Shown here one piece after another: positions 27,934 to 35,734 of a stretch of DNA of 50,272 bases (the first letter of the stretch is position 1; every line of letters begins with the position of its first letter). The DNA is taken from positions 1 through 50,272 of the forward strand of contig JBGSUI010000134.1 of assembly GCA_041736175.1 (NCBI GenBank), in the 5' to 3' direction. This DNA comes from Oligoflexales bacterium. GTDB taxonomy: Bacteria; Bdellovibrionota_B; Oligoflexia; Oligoflexales; CAIYRB01. The notes under the pieces are model-generated. The model did no database searches and had not been told where the DNA came from. It saw only the letters and a list, made by a program, of their open reading frames with translations. The translations under genes were made by a program, and so were the position numbers.

Positions 27934-28176
27934 ATGAGATTTATTGGTAGAAGCTACGAGCTGGATAGCTTGCATAAACTATGCGAAATCAAATACTATG
28001 ATAAAGAGATCGAGCCCAGCATCATCACCGAAGTAGAAAAAAAGTGTGCTCTCCTGACCATTCCCCGCGGCTACACCCTGGAAAGGTGTCTGATTTCACA
28101 ATTTGGCCCTAGCCGGTCCCTTAAAGCCGCTGGATATTTCCATCACAGTCTCCATATCGATGATTTTTTTCACTAG
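27934..28176 (+). pseudogene. Internally deleted AAA ATPase/PD-(D/E)XK (ATPase_2/DUF234-type) gene
   Basis: Start MRFIGRSYEL..L is fused after 16 codons to the C-terminal CEIKY...IITEVEKK...LIS..G......GYF segment; GGTG RBS. Confidence 0.8.
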
Positions 28177-28191
28177 CATGGCCCCGCTGCT

Positions 28192-30381
28192 TTAGGCAGC
28201 TTTTGCAGAAGAAACGCCCTTCAATTGGTTTTCAACAGCTTTTTTAGGGATAGAAATGGAGATCGTCGTGCCCATTTTGGGTTGGCTCGTGATATTGAGG
28301 GTCCCACCGACGCTGATGACCGCCTGGCGCAGCGCGCTCATTCCGACGCCCCGTCCTGAGGTCTCCGAAATGGTCTCGGCTGTGGAAAGCCCGTCCAAAA
28401 AGATTAGATCGAGGATTTTTTCGCGAGGGATGTGCTGCACCTTCCCTGGATCAACGTGACCGAGTTGGATCGCCTTTTTGAGGACTTTTTCCGTATCGAT
28501 ACCCTGCCCGTCATCGCTGAGGATGATTTGGTATTCCTGGGGTAGTTCGCTAAACTTAAGTTTAAGCTGTCCTTGGGGTGGTTTGTTTTCCCGGTGTTCA
28601 GGCAGCTCCAAGCCGTGGTCGATGGAATTGCGAAGGGCATGGATCAGGTTTTGGGCTACAGGTTTGACCTGAGCTGGGTTGACCTTTAGATGCGCACCTT
28701 CGATGGTTAATTGCACCGATTTGCCGAGATTTTCTGCGGCTTTCTGCACGTAGTCGTTGATGGGCCCGAGCAGTCGTCCTGCTGGTTCAAAAGAGACTTG
28801 CTCAGTCCAGCGCTCCACGAGTCTTAAAGCCTCGGTAAGGTGGGTCGCTTGGCTGATCTGCCGGCGGAGGTCTTGTAGGTCTTTTGGTTCGATGGAAATA
28901 GGTAAAGGTTCGTTGCCTTCATAGGATACTTTGAGAAATTCATAGTTTTTGGCTAAAAATTCTGTAATAGCGTTTTGCACCCATTGAAGGTCATTGGGCT
29001 GGATCTTTTGTTTTTCTTCGATATCATGGACGAGATGGGCTATCTGTTCGAGACCAAAAGCCGCCGAATTTCCTTTGAGGGTATGGAGTTCTCGTCGGAC
29101 GGTTTTTTCATCGTTCTGACCCAAATAAGTTCGCGCACTTTGGATACGGTCACGGGATTCGCCGACAAAATCCTTAAAAGAGACCAAGTTTTGGAGAATC
29201 CTAATCATCGCCAGGTTGTTTCGATTTTCTTGTTCGGTCTTATCGAGATCGGTCACATCCACTAAGGTGAACAATATAAACTCAATCGTCCGACCTCCGG
29301 CACTTTTGACCACAGAGCCCACCAGGGAGACCGTATTTCCGTCGATATTAAATCGACGGGGAATCTGGCCTAAACTGACGTCCTCTGGGAAGATATCTTC
29401 AAAGACCTGATCAACGCAGGCGTTGAGGTGATCTGCCTGTCTTTGGGTTACCTTTAACACCTGACTAAGAGCTTGACCCGCAAGTTTGGGTTGATGGAGC
29501 AGCTTTTCACAGCTCTTGGTGTAGCCTTCTTGGACTGTCAGGGTTCGGTCGACCAAAAAAAATCCGCTTTGGACGTTTTCGAGAATCATTTTGATGGTCG
29601 CAGTTCTCATGGCTACAAGCTGTTCGAGGTTGTCGTTCATAGCTGCGAGCTCTACATTTTTCTTTTCGATCTCGGCAAAAAGATCTCGAAGGGCCAACCG
29701 GGTACTTTCTAGACTGCATCCGAGTTCGCCGATTTCGTCCGTCGCCTGCCACGGGAAGGCATGGTCCAGCTCTTTGGCTGCAATTTTTTGGGCCTGGAGC
29801 TTAAGCTTTTCGATCCGTTTGAGAACTCTGCTGCCAACCAGCAACACAACCAGACCAATACAAACCATGGCTTGGATCAGGGAGACCACCAAGGTTTCAC
29901 GGATTTTATCCTCACCCTCTGCTACGGAGCTGGCCATGGAAAAATCAACTTCTACTTTGCCAATCAGCTCGTCGCCATTTTTGATAGGGGTTTCGTGCTT
30001 GAGAATAAAACTATTCTCAGATGGTATGCGGGACGGAATTTTTTTTTCGTAAAAGATTGCGCCCTTATTGTCATAAACGGTGGTTCTCAATAGTCTTTCA
30101 TCGCCCATGATGCTATCGACAAGCGGCGCAGCACTTTCGGGGGAGAGATCCCAAAGGGCTTTTTGAACACCGAGGGCTAAGACCTCTGTGGTGCGAGCAT
30201 GGTCGGCCTGGTTTTTTGCGGTCAGCCGTTTCACTAAAGCATTGGACGTATAGTAGGTGGCTGCAGCCATGGGAATCATCAGACCCGCGACCACACCCCC
30301 GATCACGACGGTTCTAAGAGAAGTTTTCATAAATGCCATGGTCCTTATTTTAATCTTTGATCTTAGACGGATGGAGTCCAC
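28192..30381 (-). CDS. Membrane-bound CheA-like histidine kinase (2 TM, periplasmic domain, HAMP, PAS-like, Hpt, HATPase; no CheW domain); start probably 30330-30339
   Basis: DEIGEL (HAMP), RELHTLKGNS (Hpt His), HALRNSIDHG, DDGQG, IFLDGLST, SGRGVGM. Confidence 0.9.
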   Translation of the reverse strand: MDSIRLRSKIKIRTMAFMKTSLRTVVIGGVVAGLMIPMAAATYYTSNALVKRLTAKNQADHARTTEVLALGVQKALWDLSPESAAPLVDSIMGDERLLRTTVYDNKGAIFYEKKIPSRIPSENSFILKHETPIKNGDELIGKVEVDFSMASSVAEGEDKIRETLVVSLIQAMVCIGLVVLLVGSRVLKRIEKLKLQAQKIAAKELDHAFPWQATDEIGELGCSLESTRLALRDLFAEIEKKNVELAAMNDNLEQLVAMRTATIKMILENVQSGFFLVDRTLTVQEGYTKSCEKLLHQPKLAGQALSQVLKVTQRQADHLNACVDQVFEDIFPEDVSLGQIPRRFNIDGNTVSLVGSVVKSAGGRTIEFILFTLVDVTDLDKTEQENRNNLAMIRILQNLVSFKDFVGESRDRIQSARTYLGQNDEKTVRRELHTLKGNSAAFGLEQIAHLVHDIEEKQKIQPNDLQWVQNAITEFLAKNYEFLKVSYEGNEPLPISIEPKDLQDLRRQISQATHLTEALRLVERWTEQVSFEPAGRLLGPINDYVQKAAENLGKSVQLTIEGAHLKVNPAQVKPVAQNLIHALRNSIDHGLELPEHRENKPPQGQLKLKFSELPQEYQIILSDDGQGIDTEKVLKKAIQLGHVDPGKVQHIPREKILDLIFLDGLSTAETISETSGRGVGMSALRQAVISVGGTLNITSQPKMGTTISISIPKKAVENQLKGVSSAKAA

Positions 30382-30427
30382 CCAACCCGCAGCCCTGGAT
30401 CCCTATCGTCGGTGGCCCCTTGTGACT

Positions 30428-30456
30428 TAAGGAAATTTTGGTTTGTAAGCCGATAA
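30428..30456 (+). promoter_or_regulatory. Possible sigma28 (FliA) promoter
   Basis: Exact -10 GCCGATAA at 30449-30456; TAAG upstream with slightly long spacing. Confidence 0.35.
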
Positions 30457-30796
30457 AGTGGCAGTAGACCAGGCAAAATCATTTAGTAGCTGATGCGGAG
30501 ACAAATTTTGGGATCTTGAAGGCAGACTGGACTTCAGATCCAAAGATAAACTTGAAAAAGTCTATTTGATATCCCGCGGCGAAACCAATTTGGCTCACGA
30601 CTCAAAAGCCCTGCGGTAGATCTCTAAGTCTCTAAATTTACAAGTCCCATTCAAAACCCGCAAAGTGGCCTTCGGGGGTGATGGTTTAATCCACACCTCA
30701 AGCAATTGTTATAACTAATATATAACGATTTTCATCAAGTCTTTACCAGATCCTCCGAAGTGATAGGAAATGTCTGAATGAAAAAGGGAGGCGTTC

Positions 30797-33700
30797 ATGG
30801 GAAAGATATCAACAAAAACAAAAAAGTCGTTTCAAGCAATCAACAGGGCCGCTAAAAAAGGCCCATCGAAGTCTCACGGGACATCGAATGCACACCGAGG
30901 ATCGACACCAATATCGCTCCTTGCTCTTGTCGGGGCTCTGTCAGGCCTCCTGATATCCTTACAACCCCACACCGCCCTTGCAGGCAGTCCCTACGTGTTT
31001 AGTTATGGTGGCAGGCTTGCCCTCCCCAGCGGTGAATCGGTGAAGGGACCAGTCAATTTAGAAATCAAATTTTATAGGTCAGCCTCCGGTGGAACGCCCC
31101 TTCCCGTCACCCCGGTGGTAAAAACCGGAGTCCTCCTAACCGACGGGGTCTTCCAAGCGGACCTAAGCGAACTCGCAGCCGCCGAAGCGAGCCTAGTCTT
31201 TTCGCCAACCTTTGAAACCTGGGTGGAGGTTTCCGACCTTACCAACAAAACCGTCTACCCCCGCCAGCGGCTGACGGCAGTCCCCTATGCCTTTAAAGTC
31301 CCCGTCGATCAGACAACCGTCAACTTTGACGGCGACGGACGGTTAACCGTCGGGACGATCGATATGGCTAAAGTCAACGGGCTCGAAGCAGCCTTAGCCA
31401 CAAGAAATGCTGCCAGAGCTGTCAGTATGACCGACGTAACGGGGCTTCAATCAGTCCTAGATGGCAAGGTTAACTCCAATGCCACCGTGGGTGGGGATGT
31501 TTCGGGATACTTATCTACAGAAGTGACTGTAAACAAAATAAAAGGGGTTTCAGTAGATACTCCGGCCACAAACAAATATCTTAAATACAATGGGACAAAT
31601 CTTGTTTGGGATATACCCGCAGCCGGCGGCACCGGGGACATGCTCAAAGCCAACAACCTCTCAGATCTTACAAGTCCCAGCGCTGCCCGTACCCACCTTG
31701 AATTAGGAAGTCTCGCTACGAGCAGTGAAGTGACCTCTACCCTCATCACGAACGGCACAATTGTCGATGCGGATATCAGTGCCTCCGCAGCCATTGCAGA
31801 TACTAAACTCGCTACGATTTCTACTGCGGGCAGAGTCTCGGGATCAGCGATCAACGCGGGGACGATTGGTGGTGCCACTGCGATTGACACATCTGGTGCT
31901 ATCACCACCACGGGAGCCGTCACGGCTGCCGGCGCTATCACTGGCACTGGAAATGTGGTGGTTAACGGGACTGGATATGCGACGACGGAATTGCGCTTCA
32001 ATGATAACGACAATACCAACTATGTGGGATTCAAATCCCCATCTGTTGTGGGAGCAAACTTCGTTTGGACACTGCCAGCAGCAGACGGTACCGGCGGACA
32101 ATTTCTTAAAACTGATGGCTCTGGTACCTTAAGTTGGCACAGTATTCCTGGTGGTGGTGACTTGCTAGCTGCCAACAACCTCGGTGATCTCGCTAACGCC
32201 GGTACCGCCCGCACAAACCTTGGTTTAAACACCCTTGCCACCCTAGCTGCCGTAGGCAGCACCGAGATCACCAACGACTCCATTATGAACGCCGACATCA
32301 ACGCCTCAGCAGCCATCGCCACCTCCAAACTCTCTGGCGCAGTCACCTCTATCGCCAGCCATGGCCTTGGATCCTTGGCCATCCTTAGCACTGTGGGCAG
32401 TACAGACATTACCAACGACTCCATTGTCGACGCAGACATTAACTCTACTGCGGCCATCGCACAGTCGAAAATCTCGGGACTGACTACCGCTCTCTCAGGC
32501 AAAGAGCCTACAATCATTACGGGGACCATAAGCGATTTTTACCGAGGCGACAAATCATGGCAAGATTTTAACACCGCAGCCCGCGGTGCCGTAAGCATCA
32601 CGGCTCCCTTGACTTACAACTCCAGTACTGGGGTTTTTGGTTTAGGCCAAGCCAGCGGGGTGGCCAATGGTTACTTATCTTCCTCAGATTTTACAGTGTT
32701 TAATAATAAACAAGCCGCGATTACCACTGCGACCACGGTCGACGCTGGGACCGTGACGACAGCTCAGCAAAATGGGGTTGAAATTAAGCCCTATAACAGC
32801 GCCGCGGGCAACACTGGCGAGCTACGCTTTGACGAGCTTGCAGCCAACGGTACCAATTATGTTGGGTTTAAAGCTCCTGACGTCCTTGCAAGCAATAAGA
32901 TCTGGACCCTTCCCGCAGCAGACGGTACCAGCGGCCAACTCCTTAAAACCGACGGCTCTGGTGCCCTCGGTTGGGTCACAGGTGGCGCAGGATCCGTCAC
33001 CAGCGTCAACCTCACCGCCCCTGCCGCAGGGATCACGGTCAGTGGTGGCCCCATTACATCATCAGGCTCAATAACCCTCGCTTTAGAAGACGACCTCGCC
33101 GCCGTAGAAGCTCTTGCTACCACCGGTGGAGTGGAACGCACCGGTGCCAATACCTGGGGCACCTACAGCGTCACGGCTGCTGGTAAAGCGATTCTCGACG
33201 ATGACGATAGCACCGCCCAGCGAACAACCCTTGGTTTAGGCTCCCTTGCTACCTCAAATGCTGTGGGCAGCTCAGAGATCACCAACGATTCCATCATGGA
33301 CGCTGATATCAACGCCTCGGCAGCCATCGCTGACACCAAACTTGCTACAATTTCCACGGCTGGCAAAGTTTCAGGCTCTGCCATCACCTCAGGAACAATC
33401 GCAGGCACTACGAACTTTAACACCTCTGGAACTATCACCACCTCGGGAGCGATCACAGGTCAAGGCATGATTGTCAATAGTGGTTCCTTCGCGAATGAAC
33501 TCCGCTTTAACGACGACAACAATAGCCACTATGTAGGTTTTAAAGCTCCAAGCACAGTAAGTAGCAACCTGATTTGGACTCTTCCCTCAAATGGTGGAAC
33601 GAACGGTCAAGTTCTCACGACAGATAGTTCTGGTTTCTTATCTTGGGCCTCAGCTGTCCCCCCTAGCAACAGCATTACCTCCGCCGAAATCTTCGATGGT

Positions 33701-34198
33701 ACGATTACCAACGCAGATATTGCAAATGGAGCCATTTCGGACTCGAAGTTAACACAAATTACGACAGCTGCCAAAGTGAATGGAAGTGCCATTACTGGAG
33801 ATCTTGCTGTAACTTCAATTACAACAACCACTGGCAACGTCGGTATCGGCACCGCCACCCCCCAAGCAAAGCTCCAAGTTGAAGGCCAGATGGTGGCAAG
33901 ACAACACATTGTCTCCAGCGTCGACACCGTAGACTTCAACAATGGCAACGCCCAGTTCCTCCTAAACCCGCCAGGAGCGGCTATCACATTAAGCAACATG
34001 ATGCCCGGCGGGGCCTATACCCTTGTGATTCGGTCATCATCATCATACTCCTTCGATTTTACCGCAAGCTGCGCTACGCTTAAATTTAGCCCAGCAAACG
34101 GTAACACGAACCCCGGCTCCGATACGATATACTCTATTCAAAAGTTCAATATAAGTGGAACTGACACCTGTTATATCAGTTGGATCACCGGACTCTAA
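30797..34198 (+). CDS. Phage-tail-fibre-like beta-strand repeat adhesin of the Bdellovibrio fibre type, lacking an S74 chaperone domain
   Basis: Long signal peptide ending ALA; N-domain YGGRL...GVF...PRQRLTAVPYA; three ELRF....NYVGFKAP...WTLP..DG..GQ.L.TD.SG.L.W repeats; I.NADI...AAI repeats; GNVGIGT.TP. Confidence 0.85.
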   Translation: MGKISTKTKKSFQAINRAAKKGPSKSHGTSNAHRGSTPISLLALVGALSGLLISLQPHTALAGSPYVFSYGGRLALPSGESVKGPVNLEIKFYRSASGGTPLPVTPVVKTGVLLTDGVFQADLSELAAAEASLVFSPTFETWVEVSDLTNKTVYPRQRLTAVPYAFKVPVDQTTVNFDGDGRLTVGTIDMAKVNGLEAALATRNAARAVSMTDVTGLQSVLDGKVNSNATVGGDVSGYLSTEVTVNKIKGVSVDTPATNKYLKYNGTNLVWDIPAAGGTGDMLKANNLSDLTSPSAARTHLELGSLATSSEVTSTLITNGTIVDADISASAAIADTKLATISTAGRVSGSAINAGTIGGATAIDTSGAITTTGAVTAAGAITGTGNVVVNGTGYATTELRFNDNDNTNYVGFKSPSVVGANFVWTLPAADGTGGQFLKTDGSGTLSWHSIPGGGDLLAANNLGDLANAGTARTNLGLNTLATLAAVGSTEITNDSIMNADINASAAIATSKLSGAVTSIASHGLGSLAILSTVGSTDITNDSIVDADINSTAAIAQSKISGLTTALSGKEPTIITGTISDFYRGDKSWQDFNTAARGAVSITAPLTYNSSTGVFGLGQASGVANGYLSSSDFTVFNNKQAAITTATTVDAGTVTTAQQNGVEIKPYNSAAGNTGELRFDELAANGTNYVGFKAPDVLASNKIWTLPAADGTSGQLLKTDGSGALGWVTGGAGSVTSVNLTAPAAGITVSGGPITSSGSITLALEDDLAAVEALATTGGVERTGANTWGTYSVTAAGKAILDDDDSTAQRTTLGLGSLATSNAVGSSEITNDSIMDADINASAAIADTKLATISTAGKVSGSAITSGTIAGTTNFNTSGTITTSGAITGQGMIVNSGSFANELRFNDDNNSHYVGFKAPSTVSSNLIWTLPSNGGTNGQVLTTDSSGFLSWASAVPPSNSITSAEIFDGTITNADIANGAISDSKLTQITTAAKVNGSAITGDLAVTSITTTTGNVGIGTATPQAKLQVEGQMVARQHIVSSVDTVDFNNGNAQFLLNPPGAAITLSNMMPGGAYTLVIRSSSSYSFDFTASCATLKFSPANGNTNPGSDTIYSIQKFNISGTDTCYISWITGL

Positions 34199-34266
34199 TA
34201 CCTCTTACCGAGACTCCTGTTGTGATTTTTGGTATCATAAACTAAAAAACACAATAGGAATCCTCT

Positions 34267-35475
34267 ATGCCCCACAAACCATCCCTCTTTAGCCGCTTGA
34301 ACCAGCTTACCCGCCGAGGACTTTTGGCACAAATTGCTAAATTATCATCCGGCTTGGCCCTCCTATTCAAAAGCGCATCAGGAAACGCCGGACCCCAAAC
34401 CAACATCGGTTTTTGGAAAGCTCCACGCTTAAAACGGCTGCGTGCTTTTGGAGTCAATACCAATGGTCAGCTTGGGGATGGAACCTTGACTCCCCGAGAC
34501 ACCCCCATTGCAGCCACTGGTGCGGACACCAATTGGGCCGAACTCACTGCAGGCAATTCCTATTCCCTAGGCCTTAAGGACGATGGAACCCTGTGGAGCT
34601 GGGGTTTCAACAATTTTGGGAGGTTGGGTCTGGGTGACACCAATGGCCGATCTTCCCCGACCCTAGTAGGGGCTAACTTCAATGGCAAGACCATCTCCGC
34701 TGGCTCATCCCATGTCGTCGCCGTAAAAAGAGACGGGACCCTTTGGGCCTGGGGCCAGGGAAACACTGGACAACTGGGAAATAACGCGGTCGTTGACACC
34801 AGCACTCCAGTCCAAGTCGGTTCCGCTACAAACTGGGTCCACGCTGTGGCAGCCAACAGCTTTTCCGTCGGACTAAGAAGCGACGGTACTCTCTGGGCAT
34901 GGGGCTATAACAACTATGGCCAGCTTGGACAGGGAAATACGACCTCCAAATCATCCCCTGTCCAAATCGGATCTACAGACTGGGTTCAAATAACAGCCGC
35001 CAGCGACCATGCTCTGGCTATTAAAAGCGATGGCACCCTGTGGGCCTGGGGTTCGAATCAATTTGGACAGCTTGGTCAAGGCCATACCTTGAACTTATCA
35101 TCTCCGATGCGGGTTGGGTCTCTTTCGAATTGGCTCAAAGTAATCGCTGGCACACACTTTAGCATAGCTCAAAACAGCGCTAATCTCTTATGGGTGACCG
35201 GCATAAACACCATCGGTCAGCTGGGCCTGGGTGATACGGCCAATCGCTCCACGCCCCAACAGTTGGGCTCACTCACCACCTGGGCTCAAATCGCCTGTGG
35301 CCACTCCCATACCTTGGCAACCAAACAAGACGGAAAACTCTGGGCATGGGGACAAAACGTCGGCCAATTAGGTTTAGGAGACACAATAAGTCGATCGATC
35401 CCCGTCCAAGTCGGGACCAACTCAACCTGGTCCAACGTCGCAGCAGGGCTTGATCACTCCCTAGCCACAGAATAA
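34267..35475 (+). CDS. RCC1/BLIP-II repeat beta-propeller with twin-arginine signal
   Basis: TRRGLL plus hydrophobic stretch; seven repeats of DGTLWAWG.N..GQLG.G.....SP.QVG...W....AG..H. Confidence 0.92.
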   Translation: MPHKPSLFSRLNQLTRRGLLAQIAKLSSGLALLFKSASGNAGPQTNIGFWKAPRLKRLRAFGVNTNGQLGDGTLTPRDTPIAATGADTNWAELTAGNSYSLGLKDDGTLWSWGFNNFGRLGLGDTNGRSSPTLVGANFNGKTISAGSSHVVAVKRDGTLWAWGQGNTGQLGNNAVVDTSTPVQVGSATNWVHAVAANSFSVGLRSDGTLWAWGYNNYGQLGQGNTTSKSSPVQIGSTDWVQITAASDHALAIKSDGTLWAWGSNQFGQLGQGHTLNLSSPMRVGSLSNWLKVIAGTHFSIAQNSANLLWVTGINTIGQLGLGDTANRSTPQQLGSLTTWAQIACGHSHTLATKQDGKLWAWGQNVGQLGLGDTISRSIPVQVGTNSTWSNVAAGLDHSLATE

Positions 35476-35734
35476 ACTTTATCCACTTTATCAAAGAACG
35501 CATCATTACCCTTTAGCAGCACGTCTTCTGAGGCCAAACAAATAACATCAATCATTTAAGTCAGACACCCCCTTAAGTTCCCAAACTTTTGGAGGTTTTG
35601 TCTGATTTCCGCAATCTAAACCAACCGTTCAAAACTCCCACAAGATCCCAAAACTCTCCCTTGAGTCCCCCCGGATCTCAGGGACCTTAGCTCCCTAGGG
35701 TCCACATCTTGCAGGGCACCGCCTATCGAGCTGG

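Noticed and set aside
30797..35475. Prophage tail module
   Set aside because: Both genes have export signals, and no capsid, terminase, integrase or baseplate genes are nearby.
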